DNA of 64,000 nt, taken from assembly GCA_041391385.1 (NCBI GenBank), contig JAWKOD010000002.1, positions 173,659 through 237,658 on the forward strand. The letters are read 5' to 3'. The position numbers and the translations under genes were made by a program. This stretch comes from Bdellovibrionota bacterium (GTDB taxonomy: Bacteria > Bdellovibrionota > UBA2428). The notes under the pieces were generated by a model. It ran no database searches, was not told the origin of the DNA, and worked only from the letters and a program-made list of their open reading frames with translations. Position 1 is the stretch's first letter, and the number at the start of each line of letters is the position of its first letter. Shown piece by piece: positions 52,296 to 61,235 of this stretch.

Positions 52296-53153
52296 TTACT
52301 CGATTCCGACAAAGCTTCGTAGCTTTCTCCACTTGGCGACAAAGGTGGATCCGTTTACACCCTTGAGAGTAAGTAGGTCGTCTTTTATTTCCATTGCACG
52401 TCGTGCTTCTTCGCCCACTTGATTCAATTCACTTGCGGTCTGAATTTTTTGTACGAGCAGTCCTTCGCTTTGCTCGTAAGGGCCTGCGTAAAAGTAGTGT
52501 CGGCCAAAGGCATCTGCGGGTTCGGCCGCGTTGGGGTCAATCTTTTCTCCACAGTTTATAGAAACTGCGCCGTAGCCACCTGGAGTATAAAAAATGCTTC
52601 CGTGAAAGCCTGAGCAAAAGGGAATCGTTTCATCGCTTCCCTCAATTTTGTTTTCAGAACCCACAAGTTCATAAAAACCTGTAAGGGGGTTGTTGTCGTA
52701 AGCAAAACTTTCTTGTCGCTCCCATTCAATTACGATTTGTTTTCCTTCGCCTAAGTTGCCGGAGAGAATGAGGTGATTTTTACCTCTGAGTTCTACTTTG
52801 CGACGATTAACTTTATGGAGCGAGGAGTGACTGTAGTTTCTTACCCGATGAAGGACTTCGTTTGTTTGTGTGTCTACTTCGTAGGGGCCAGAGTAAAAGA
52901 GTTTGCCTTTAAGCTCTGCTGCATTCGAGTTGGGTTCAACGGATTCACAGTTAATTGCAACGCCCATGTAGCCTGGTACGTATGCAATTGTTCCCGTAGC
53001 TCCATTGCACCAAGGGGTTTCGGTGCCATCAGCGTTGACTGTTGCAAACTTAGTAAGTTTGTAAACACCTAATAGGTCTTGATCTGTGTAGTTCTTCGCG
53101 GATCCTTGGCTAATGATGAGTAGGGCAGCTAGGGTTTTTAGTTTTTTGTTCAT
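52296..53153 (-). CDS. Secreted protein with two tandem lipocalin-like domains
   Basis: Two repeats of LxGxYxL...C.G..G.I.Y..G...V.INC...FY.GPY...W. Confidence 0.7.
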   Translation of the reverse strand: MNKKLKTLAALLIISQGSAKNYTDQDLLGVYKLTKFATVNADGTETPWCNGATGTIAYVPGYMGVAINCESVEPNSNAAELKGKLFYSGPYEVDTQTNEVLHRVRNYSHSSLHKVNRRKVELRGKNHLILSGNLGEGKQIVIEWERQESFAYDNNPLTGFYELVGSENKIEGSDETIPFCSGFHGSIFYTPGGYGAVSINCGEKIDPNAAEPADAFGRHYFYAGPYEQSEGLLVQKIQTASELNQVGEEARRAMEIKDDLLTLKGVNGSTFVAKWRKLRSFVGIE

Positions 53154-53179
53154 GATTATCTCCTCTGAAGTGCACTCTA

Positions 53180-54139
53180 GTGCGAAGACAAAAAAGAAAG
53201 AATATGCTATTTTTGCAAGACTTTATTGCTTTTAAAGAAAGAGTACAAAGCGTGAAAATAGAAGACATTAAAATTTGGGAATCCTTCTTGGCTGTTGCTA
53301 AGCAGGGGCATTTTTCAAGAGCTGCTGGAGTGTTGGGCGTTCCTCTCCCACAGGTGAGTAAACGTGTTACCAAGCTTGAAGAGGGCTTAGGCTTGCGATT
53401 GTTTCACCGCACAACTCGCTCAGTAAGCTTAACGGATGAGGGGAAGGTGTTGTTGCCCAAAATAGAGAGTTTGATGGCAGACCTTGTGGAAACTGAGCAT
53501 TATTTTGAAAAAAATAAGAGTTTCTCAGGGGCTATAAAAATCACAAGCGTTCCTTTTGTGGCACATCGTCTTTTGCTTCCCGTATTGCCTCTCTTTGCGG
53601 ATAAATATCCACAAATAAAAATTGAATTAGAAGTTTCAGAAAAGATGTTAAATCTCGTGGAGTCGGGATTTGATATTGCACTAAGAATAGATACGCCGAA
53701 AGACTCAGACTTGGTTTATAGAAAGTTAGCACCCAACGATCTCATCTTTTGTGCTTCACCTGCTTATTTGAAAAAAGCAGGAAAGCTTAAGGGTCTTGAT
53801 GATTTAAAGAAGCATTCTCTCTTGGCGCTCAGTATTCACAATCGCTGTCGCTTTAAAAAAATTGATAAAAAAGTTGGAGATTTTAGCTCAGCTAAAACGT
53901 TTATTTGTGAGAACGGAGCTTTTCTTACAGATATGGCTGTTGCCGGGGGAGGAGTTTTGCTTCGCTCAATTTGGGATGTGCAAGAATACTTAAAAACTAA
54001 AAAACTTGTGCAGGTTTTAGAAAATTATCCGCTAGAAACCTTCGGCCACATTTACGCCGTAGTTCCTACCCGTCGTTACGTAGCTCCTCGTGTGCGGGCT
54101 TTTCTGGACTTCATCTTTGAAGAATCAAAGAAGTGGTAG
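53180..54139 (+). CDS. LysR-family regulator (DmlR/CrgA-like)
   Basis: GHFSRAAGVLG..PQVSKRVTKLEEGLGLRLFHRTTRSVSLTDEG and LVESGFDIALR. Confidence 0.95.
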   Translation: MRRQKRKNMLFLQDFIAFKERVQSVKIEDIKIWESFLAVAKQGHFSRAAGVLGVPLPQVSKRVTKLEEGLGLRLFHRTTRSVSLTDEGKVLLPKIESLMADLVETEHYFEKNKSFSGAIKITSVPFVAHRLLLPVLPLFADKYPQIKIELEVSEKMLNLVESGFDIALRIDTPKDSDLVYRKLAPNDLIFCASPAYLKKAGKLKGLDDLKKHSLLALSIHNRCRFKKIDKKVGDFSSAKTFICENGAFLTDMAVAGGGVLLRSIWDVQEYLKTKKLVQVLENYPLETFGHIYAVVPTRRYVAPRVRAFLDFIFEESKKW

Positions 54140-54282
54140 CGGACTAGGGGGTCTCATCAAGTCATTCGCTATAATAAACAACACTCATTCCTCACTACGT
54201 TTGTTATGAAAATTGTTTATTATGGCGGAAGTGACGGCGGTCCACGCAACATCTTGAAATTTAAAACATCAAGCAGGTAGCG

Positions 54283-54302
54283 TGTAGCCAAATGTAGCCA
54301 CT
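54283..54302 (+). repeat. Tandem TGTAGCCA motifs (left end), putative integrase arm sites
   Basis: TGTAGCCA at 54283 and 54293; matches 61898-61927. Confidence 0.65.
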
Positions 54303-54344
54303 CACACCCAAAATCCGACATTTCGCTACGTTTCTTTGCATACT

Positions 54345-55439
54345 TCATACGCTGGGCCTTATCTCAATTACTCGTGCAAGCTCTTCTCTAGGGAGAGAAA
54401 ATTGCAGTTTGTCAGTGGCCCCTCGAAGATCCGATCCCGCTACTCTCACATAGCGGTCAGTTGTCTTTAGCTCAGCATGACCTACTATGGCCATGACTTG
54501 TGCAAGAGGTACTCCCTTTAAAAGCATTTGCGTAATAAAGGTGGCCCGAAGATCATGAAACTTTACTTGGGTGATTCCAATGACCTTGCAAAAGTCTCTG
54601 AGGATTTTTGCCTGCTCGCCGTTATCCCAATCCACAATCCGAGGGAGCACGAAGTCTTCGCCGTTTGATTTAAGTCTAAGCTGACTTAGGAGCAGCTTAA
54701 GACTTGTGCTTATGGGTACGACTCTGTTTCTGCGCGACTTTGTGGGGCCAATGCCCGTCTTAGAAGACCAAGACTTAGTCACGTAAATCTTTTCTTCTTC
54801 AAGAAATACATCGCTCCATTTAAGCGCATACAACTCGCCCGACCTCATTCCAGTAAAGACGGCCATCGCCCACACAGGATAAAACCTGTGATTGTTCATG
54901 GCTCCTTCTCTCAAGAGGAGGTCCACCTCTTGCGCATTAAGCACTGACTGCTTAGCCTCTGGTATCCTGATCTTAAATCCGTTACAGGGGTTTCGCTGCA
55001 ATACGCCCTCTTCAATCGCCAATGCCAAAACTCGCTTAATTGTTTTTAGCATCGTGAGCTTTGAGTGCGGTGATCTCACAGACATCTGCACAAAAAGTAT
55101 TTCGTGGATATGTTCTGCTCGAATCATCTCAAGCGGCATATTGTTCAGAACGGGAGTTGCCCATTTCGTCATTTGCCCTGCGTAGTTTTGGATGGTGGAG
55201 AGTCTAAGCTGGAGCTTTTCTCTTTCCAGATAATACTCCATCCATTCTTGCCAAAGCCAAACCTTGGGTCTGTTTTGTTGATCCAAGATTTCGGCCTTGA
55301 GTTTAAACTCCGCCTCGCTAGCGGCTCGCATAGATGTAAATCCACGCAGTCTTTTTTGAAATCGGCCCTTGGGGCTTCTTAAATTTATATACACTTCAAA
55401 AGTGTCTTTTCCGTTTACATTTATTTTTCTGATTGCCAT
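54345..55439 (-). CDS. Tyrosine recombinase/integrase
   Basis: Catalytic set intact: GMRSGE (R), TKSRR (K), FHDLR (HxxR), VGHAE (H) and RYV (Y). Confidence 0.95.
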   Translation of the reverse strand: MAIRKINVNGKDTFEVYINLRSPKGRFQKRLRGFTSMRAASEAEFKLKAEILDQQNRPKVWLWQEWMEYYLEREKLQLRLSTIQNYAGQMTKWATPVLNNMPLEMIRAEHIHEILFVQMSVRSPHSKLTMLKTIKRVLALAIEEGVLQRNPCNGFKIRIPEAKQSVLNAQEVDLLLREGAMNNHRFYPVWAMAVFTGMRSGELYALKWSDVFLEEEKIYVTKSWSSKTGIGPTKSRRNRVVPISTSLKLLLSQLRLKSNGEDFVLPRIVDWDNGEQAKILRDFCKVIGITQVKFHDLRATFITQMLLKGVPLAQVMAIVGHAELKTTDRYVRVAGSDLRGATDKLQFSLPREELARVIEIRPSV

Positions 55440-55481
55440 ATTCTTCTTCCTCTTTCCTTAATTTGAAAAACTTCGAATCCT

Positions 55482-55694
55482 TTAGGATTCGAGTTTTGGA
55501 AGAAGAGACAGCTCTCGAAGTTTAAAACGAAGCCGCCTTCTAATCCTGTATGTAGGTATGTGGCCTCGAAACACATGGATTCGTAACGCATTTACCGACA
55601 TGCGAAGATAAGAGGCTGCCTCAACGGAATTCAGCCAGATTTCACATTCACCTACCTTGTCAAAGAACTCTGCTGATACTTTTATACTCATCAA
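55482..55694 (-). CDS. Excisionase-like HTH protein
   Basis: WLNSVEAASYLRMSVNALR...GHIPTYRIRRRLRF, directly upstream of int. Confidence 0.85.
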   Translation of the reverse strand: MMSIKVSAEFFDKVGECEIWLNSVEAASYLRMSVNALRIHVFRGHIPTYRIRRRLRFKLRELSLLPKLES

Positions 55695-55808
55695 AGCCCT
55701 CCTGTTCTATTCGTTTTTAAATTTTTTCTTATTCTCATTTTTTTCTTTTCCCTTATCTTATTTCTTAATTTTTTTTATTAATTCCCAGTAATCCCGATCT
55801 AGCCCGTA

Positions 55809-55874
55809 GCTCCCCGCCCGCTGACCACTCTCTATCCCTTCTGGTAGATAGAGAGTGGTCAGCGGGCGGGGAGC
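55809..55874. repeat. Perfect 28-bp inverted repeat with a 10-nt loop
   Basis: GCTCCCCGCCCGCTGACCACTCTCTATC-ccttctggta-GATAGAGAGTGGTCAGCGGGCGGGGAGC. Confidence 0.95.
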
Positions 55875-55938
55875 GTCCCACGTGTTTAAGTTGAATGGCC
55901 GTTAAAGCATTGAAGTAAAAGCCGTTTTAAATTCTTTG

Positions 55939-56745
55939 TTACGCGGTATTTTCATCGTTCAAAGTGCTCACGCACTGAGCAAGATTTTCGCTTTCATTGA
56001 GCGGTTTAGCCTCGACAGATTTTGACCCATAGAAGTCCGATAGTTTAGTGCTTGAGCAATCAACAAAGTGAATCATCGCATTTGCTGGTTTTTGTATTAT
56101 GTCGCTCTGCTCGGTGATGATTAGCTGTGGGGAGTAATCAAACATCTGCACATCTAGCCACGCCTTAGTGATTGATTCTTTTATTGAAAGATCGCTAACA
56201 ACATACCAAACGTAGTCTACACTTCGCATATAGCGATACTCTTCAAAAACACCTTTATAGCGTTTTGCGCACTTTAGATTGAGTTCCATCTCAAGCGCAA
56301 TTGTTGATAGTTTGCCTTGGACTTCTTCAATCAAAATACCATCGGGTATTACCTGATCCCTGTGACTTGATGATCTTGTCCACTGAAAGTTCTTTCTCAC
56401 CTGCCGTTCAGATATAAACTCTTTGCACATGTCGATTGACTCTAAGGCCATCCTAAAATCTGTTATTGCTAGCTCATGCTCAAAAGCGTTTCTGTTTGTA
56501 AATCTAGCTAAAACATCCTGACCTATCGCTGTTGCCCCAGCTTTGCCCAAATAATATGCAGCTATCCCGTTACGAAGCCCTACGGATCTGCAAATAAGTT
56601 CATCCTTTTCGAGTTTCCTTAGCCTTCTATACATGGTCGTTGGCGCAATCCCACGAAAGCATTTTGCATGGATGTGTCTTGTTTCAAGTAATCCGTAGCG
56701 ATGAAGAAAATGTAGAAGCTCTTTGTCTCTTTTCTGTATTCTCAA
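55939..56745 (-). CDS. Replication-relaxation (Replic_Relax)-family protein
   Basis: N-terminal wHTH (RDKELLHFLHRYGLLET...RRLRKL), HELAITD, PDGIL...IALEMELNLK and a K...Y motif. Confidence 0.8.
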   Translation of the reverse strand: MRIQKRDKELLHFLHRYGLLETRHIHAKCFRGIAPTTMYRRLRKLEKDELICRSVGLRNGIAAYYLGKAGATAIGQDVLARFTNRNAFEHELAITDFRMALESIDMCKEFISERQVRKNFQWTRSSSHRDQVIPDGILIEEVQGKLSTIALEMELNLKCAKRYKGVFEEYRYMRSVDYVWYVVSDLSIKESITKAWLDVQMFDYSPQLIITEQSDIIQKPANAMIHFVDCSSTKLSDFYGSKSVEAKPLNESENLAQCVSTLNDENTA

Positions 56746-57155
56746 ATATCACTCCTTCCTGTGAGTTCCTGTAGAACTCGCTTTTTTAAATCTTCTTTGG
56801 TGAGTTGCTTTGGCGGCTCAGGTGTTTTTGTAACAATGTCTTTAGGTTTTTCTATAGGTGGCTGAATGTTTTCTCGTTCAGTTTTGGATGTTTCAGCGTG
56901 ATATGTTGGCCGCATTAGCGGTACTGTCTCTGCGCTTTCCATGTCCTCTTTTTCTGCAAAGCCGTATTTCACAACTGCAAATGTAGTTCCAGCAAATACA
57001 GCAAGCACGATGATCCAAAGCTGTAGCGTGAGGTATGCGCTAACAATGTCCCATGCAAGATTTCCCTTATAGTTACTACCGTTAAGCCTCATGCCAAATG
57101 CAACTGCATTCATTCCAAGTGCAATAGCGAGAACGCCCTTAACGATTCTTCGCAT
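56742..57155 (-). CDS. Hypothetical two-TM membrane protein
   Basis: ATG 57155 with GGAAGGA RBS; two hydrophobic segments and a charged tail; 4-nt overlap with the Replic_Relax gene. Confidence 0.65.
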   Translation of the reverse strand: MRRIVKGVLAIALGMNAVAFGMRLNGSNYKGNLAWDIVSAYLTLQLWIIVLAVFAGTTFAVVKYGFAEKEDMESAETVPLMRPTYHAETSKTERENIQPPIEKPKDIVTKTPEPPKQLTKEDLKKRVLQELTGRSDI

Positions 57156-57551
57156 AGGTATTCCTTCCCATGTGATGGGTTCTCCTTTCTTGTTTGTGTG
57201 ACCATCAAGACAAAAACGCACGACAAAGCACTACTTCACAAAACACATTTGCGAAGTAGGCAAAGCAGCGCCTTAGCCTTTTGGCCAAAGTTAAAAATGA
57301 AGTGGTTATGTTTTTATTTTGTTTGAAATTTTAATTTGATTTTTTATTTTTGCTGTGTGAAAGTAGTAGATGTTCAAGCCTACAAGTTCACGCACAATTC
57401 AAATCTAAAAATCTAACGGCCTCCTTTCTTTTTTCTAGGCAAAGTTATGCCTTCATAAATATTGTACCAGCATTTACTTAGTTTCCCCAAGAAAAATCTG
57501 CTCACAAAAAGTACTTGTATAGATTATTTTACCGAAGTTATACTTCGATAT

Positions 57552-57902
57552 ATGTCGAAGTCTCAGGCTCTGCTTTACAGAATGAACGATACTCCCGCTC
57601 CTAAGCTAGCTCGCATATTTGCAGCGCTCTCAGTAGGCGTTAGAATTCGCATCATACGCAACATTGCAAGGCACGGGACTATCGGGGTGGGTAAGCCAAG
57701 AAAGGGACGAGGCTGCACGATTAAAGAGGCAGGACGTGGACTCGGTATTGGTTGGCCTACGTTGTCTCACCATGTGTCGGTCTTGGAAAAGGCTGGGATG
57801 ATAACGATCTCTAGACATGGCCGCTTTAAGCGATGCTGGATAACAACTGAAGCAATTGGAGTGATGTCAGAGTTCTTTATGAGTCTTGGGCCAAGAGTAT
57901 AG
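57552..57902 (+). CDS. ArsR/SmtB-family regulator
   Basis: FAALSVGVRIRII...PTLSHHVSVLEKAGMI..SRHGR. Confidence 0.85.
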   Translation: MSKSQALLYRMNDTPAPKLARIFAALSVGVRIRIIRNIARHGTIGVGKPRKGRGCTIKEAGRGLGIGWPTLSHHVSVLEKAGMITISRHGRFKRCWITTEAIGVMSEFFMSLGPRV

Positions 57903-57960
57903 GTTGAGTATTTAACTTCTATATAAATCTGGATACAGCCAAACATGAACTATAGTTTAA

Positions 57961-58302
57961 TTATATTGTGAGATAGACCCCAATTAGGATAAGTCCTGCT
58001 CCGAGTACCTGCTGTGCAGATAGTGTCTCACTTAAAAAAATTACTGCGCTAAGCGAAATTAGAATGTATCGAATAGAAGATATTGCATTGGATTCTAGTA
58101 ATGGCTGCTTAGTGAGTATTACTAGCCAAAGAAGACTAGAAAATACCCATGCAATTATGGCCGATATCGTCCATGGGCTCATGAGAACTTTAGTAAGTTT
58201 TGTTGACTCCATTGCAGCTAACTTCATGGCTACATGTCCATAGACTGTAGTTAGAAAAAAAACCATCCATGCAAATATTTGAATTGAATTTAAGTTGCGC
58301 AT
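57961..58302 (-). CDS. Four-TM EamA/SMR-type (ArnE/F-like) membrane protein
   Basis: Four hydrophobic helices; FLSETLSAQQVLGAGLILIG C-terminus. Confidence 0.75.
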   Translation of the reverse strand: MRNLNSIQIFAWMVFFLTTVYGHVAMKLAAMESTKLTKVLMSPWTISAIIAWVFSSLLWLVILTKQPLLESNAISSIRYILISLSAVIFLSETLSAQQVLGAGLILIGVYLTI

Positions 58303-58946
58303 AAAATTATCTCCCTTGGGCAATTCCATCTAATAGGAATGGTATCGTTCAAGCCTCGGCTAACGATCATTGTGCTCGTTCCATTCTCAAATCGTGTCCC
58401 ATTCCACTTATAGAAAAACGCAGCAGGATATAACTTCTTCTTCAATTGCCATAAAACAATTTGGCCGCCGTGGAGGTGGCCAGCTATGATTATTTTGTAC
58501 CCTGCGGCTACAGCCTTAGGAAAAATATTCGGATTGTGTGAGCACAATATTGTATTTTTGGGCGGATTTTTATGAATAGAGCCATCAATAGTAATATTTT
58601 TTATGGATTTTCTGGAGTTTTCAATCCAAGACCCTCCCGAATCAATAACTATTTTAGACACGTTATTTTTTCCTACATAATCGTCATGGTTTCCGGAAAT
58701 TGCTAATACAGGTGCAATTACAGTTAATTTAGAGATAAGAAGTTTGAGCTTTATCAACCCAGTCCTATGGTCAACCAAGTCTCCGCCAAGCAATATAAAA
58801 CTAGGGTTTAAATTTTTAACTTTATAAATTATCTGATCTATAAAAAGTGAAGAGGTAAATCCAGAAAAGTGAAAATCTGATAAATATGTAAAGCGGCACG
58901 GAACGCTTAAATTGATTTTTTCTTCGCGGATGAATATCTTAGCCAT
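58290..58946 (-). CDS. Calcineurin-like metallophosphoesterase (YkuE/YaeI-like)
   Basis: SDFH, GGDLVD, GNHD, SHNP, AGHLHGGQ and VSRGL. Confidence 0.9.
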   Translation of the reverse strand: MAKIFIREEKINLSVPCRFTYLSDFHFSGFTSSLFIDQIIYKVKNLNPSFILLGGDLVDHRTGLIKLKLLISKLTVIAPVLAISGNHDDYVGKNNVSKIVIDSGGSWIENSRKSIKNITIDGSIHKNPPKNTILCSHNPNIFPKAVAAGYKIIIAGHLHGGQIVLWQLKKKLYPAAFFYKWNGTRFENGTSTMIVSRGLNDTIPIRWNCPREIILCAT

Positions 58947-59460
58947 TACGTGTACCTTCGTAGATAAGTAATATTGCCAGACAACCTGTACACCAGCGGT
59001 ATATTGCCTTTTGAGGCATAAAAACTGCACTTAACATATGTGCTGCAATCAGCATAGTTATAGGCAGTATCTCAATAAGAGATGTCGATTTCCTTCGAAG
59101 TTTCCATGCATCTTGAAGTGGTCGTTTACTTCCGTCAATTGCAACTGGGAAGAGAAAGATTAATTGAACTTCAACAATATAGAATGCGGGAATTGAAAGC
59201 GCGATTAGAGGCCAGTATGAAAAAAACAAGCCAAAAGCAAGAAAAAGTACTAAGATTAAACTGCTGCAAAAGTATTTCAGGCATCCAAGAAAATTATAGG
59301 AGTGGTTAGGAAACTCAAAGGCTCCCCCTCTATGTTGTTCTAATGCTTTATGCATCCATTTTGCACCTTTATGAAAGCTAAACGTAAACTCGGGTAATTC
59401 TACCAATCCGCTATCAATCATGTGCTTCGCCCTACTTAAGAAATGGTGTGATTTCATCAT
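58939..59460 (-). CDS. Hypothetical membrane protein
   Basis: ATGA overlap with the upstream gene; several TM segments; C-terminal WCTGCLA. Confidence 0.7.
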   Translation of the reverse strand: MMKSHHFLSRAKHMIDSGLVELPEFTFSFHKGAKWMHKALEQHRGGAFEFPNHSYNFLGCLKYFCSSLILVLFLAFGLFFSYWPLIALSIPAFYIVEVQLIFLFPVAIDGSKRPLQDAWKLRRKSTSLIEILPITMLIAAHMLSAVFMPQKAIYRWCTGCLAILLIYEGTRNG

Positions 59461-60017
59461 TTTACAAAACACCAGTGCATCCAAGATAACCAAGCAACTG
59501 TTTTGCCAAAAACAAGCATTCGATGAAATAATGTTTCGATAGCCCTACATCTTTTCCGATGAAAGACAAATTCATCGTATGAAATCAATACAGATGTATA
59601 CAAAGCGAAAACAATTGTTGGAATCAGAAAAACACTAGGATTCTTACTTAAGCTGGAGAGTATCATTAGACAAAAAAGTGGAAATCCTCCACTAGCCATG
59701 GCTAAAATATGACTTAGATGTTCGGCGGGACCGACTGTAAAAAAAAGTCGATGGAAAAGCCAATCTAAAATACCGCCTAGCAATGCGATAGAACCTGATA
59801 TGATCATAGCCCAGACTTGCCACGGGTATTCTGAGTAGGAAAATAGTAACTTATGAGGCACAAAAAACAATAAACAAAAAACAAATAGAATTGTAGGAGC
59901 GAACAATGAAAATAGAGAAATAAAGTCAGAGGCTTTTATGGAAAACGGCTTTCTTTTTAACCCCTCAACCCATGGATGATTAATTAATTCATTTTCCAAA
60001 ATATTCATTTTTATCAT
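59457..60017 (-). CDS. Hypothetical membrane protein with duplicated His/carboxylate motifs
   Basis: DWLFHR...EHLSH and DEFVFHR...ETLFH within TM hairpins. Confidence 0.72.
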   Translation of the reverse strand: MIKMNILENELINHPWVEGLKRKPFSIKASDFISLFSLFAPTILFVFCLLFFVPHKLLFSYSEYPWQVWAMIISGSIALLGGILDWLFHRLFFTVGPAEHLSHILAMASGGFPLFCLMILSSLSKNPSVFLIPTIVFALYTSVLISYDEFVFHRKRCRAIETLFHRMLVFGKTVAWLSWMHWCFVK

Positions 60018-60064
60018 AAAGCCCTCTTTTCATTTTAACTATAAATTGGTGGTTTAAAGTTGTT

Positions 60065-60388
60065 TCACTTCCCCTTGTAAGCAATTAACTCATGTATGTT
60101 TTCAAAGTAGTTTTTTATGGCCTTTTTACCGTTCTCTGTACAAGAATATGTAGTGAGTGTTTTTTTATCTTTGAATTTTTTATGAACCTCCACAAGGCCT
60201 GCGCTTTCTAGTTTTGCGATATGTGAGGATAGGTTCCCTCTGCTCAATTCTAGGTTTTCGCAAAGATAGGTGAAATCGAGTGCGTCTTTTTCGGTAATCA
60301 GTGCTGCCATGATTGCCAACCTTGTGCGATCACTTAAGAGAGGGTGTGTCTCAAGTATGATTTTAGCTTTCATGCTATTTTCCAGCAT
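60065..60388 (-). CDS. Winged-helix regulator (ArsR/HTH_34-like)
   Basis: RTRLAIMAAL...DFTYLCENLELSRGNLSSHIAKLESAGLVEV.K...TTYSCTENG. Confidence 0.88.
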   Translation of the reverse strand: MLENSMKAKIILETHPLLSDRTRLAIMAALITEKDALDFTYLCENLELSRGNLSSHIAKLESAGLVEVHKKFKDKKTLTTYSCTENGKKAIKNYFENIHELIAYKGK

Positions 60389-61094
60389 TTCTCATTTCTT
60401 TAAAGGTTTTTAGAAAGGAAAAAAGTGAAACGGCAAAAAAATATCCCAAGGCCCATCCTACGGAACTTTCTTTACTTATTAGAATATATACTGCAAGTAA
60501 AAGAGCTCCTAAGCCAAGGAGAATTCCTTCTTTGAAGCGCATGTTAAAGATTCGATTATGATAGAGTTCGTCAAAGATAAAAACTAGGAGCATGGGTGAG
60601 ACGAAATCAATTCTTCCACTTATAATAACTAAGCTCAGTGAGAAAAATTTTACGCTCAAATTTGCAACTAGACTTAGTCGTTTCAAATACTGAAAGTTTT
60701 TTTCAAGGTAGCTTGAAAAGCTAAGAGTACTTTTTCTCCAAGACATAAAAGCCGCGAAATAAAACAAAAGAACCATTAAAGCGATAAAAACGCCAAGATT
60801 GGCCAGGCCTACTTTTTGTATTTCCGAGTTATTTATCGATGCATATAAGTCTCGCGTAATTACGTTATCTCCTGCTAGTTCTACGAAAAGGAACAGCCCA
60901 GAGAAAAAGAGGGCTAGCGCCTCGATAATAATTTGGGGCTTGAGGAATTCGAGATTTTTCCTTTGCTTTGAAACTTCAAATTTTTGCAGAATTTGGTTTA
61001 TAAATTCCAGATCATCAGTACTTTTTTGTAATTCTCTCGTATCAATATTTTGTTTGGTCATTACATCTCCCTTTATTGTTTGTATCACAAACAT
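60375..61094 (-). CDS. Hypothetical multi-pass membrane protein
   Basis: About 5-6 TM segments; overlaps the wHTH start. Confidence 0.7.
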   Translation of the reverse strand: MFVIQTIKGDVMTKQNIDTRELQKSTDDLEFINQILQKFEVSKQRKNLEFLKPQIIIEALALFFSGLFLFVELAGDNVITRDLYASINNSEIQKVGLANLGVFIALMVLLFYFAAFMSWRKSTLSFSSYLEKNFQYLKRLSLVANLSVKFFSLSLVIISGRIDFVSPMLLVFIFDELYHNRIFNMRFKEGILLGLGALLLAVYILISKESSVGWALGYFFAVSLFSFLKTFKEMRNAGK

Positions 61095-61195
61095 GTTTGC
61101 AATTGTAGTTAATTTTTCATTAAGATAATAACTTAAATATTTTCATATACTTATGAGTGCCTTTAATTAGTTGCTAATGTGTGTCCAAAGTGGAC

Positions 61196-61224
61196 TTGAT
61201 TTTTGGTATCCGTTTGGATACCAT
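61196..61224 (+). promoter_or_regulatory. Sigma70-type promoter with an overlapping palindromic operator for the TA operon
   Basis: TTGATT-N17-TACCAT, with TGGTATCC-gttt-GGATACCA (61204-61223) between and over the boxes. Confidence 0.7.
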
Positions 61225-61235
61225 AGTAAATAGAA

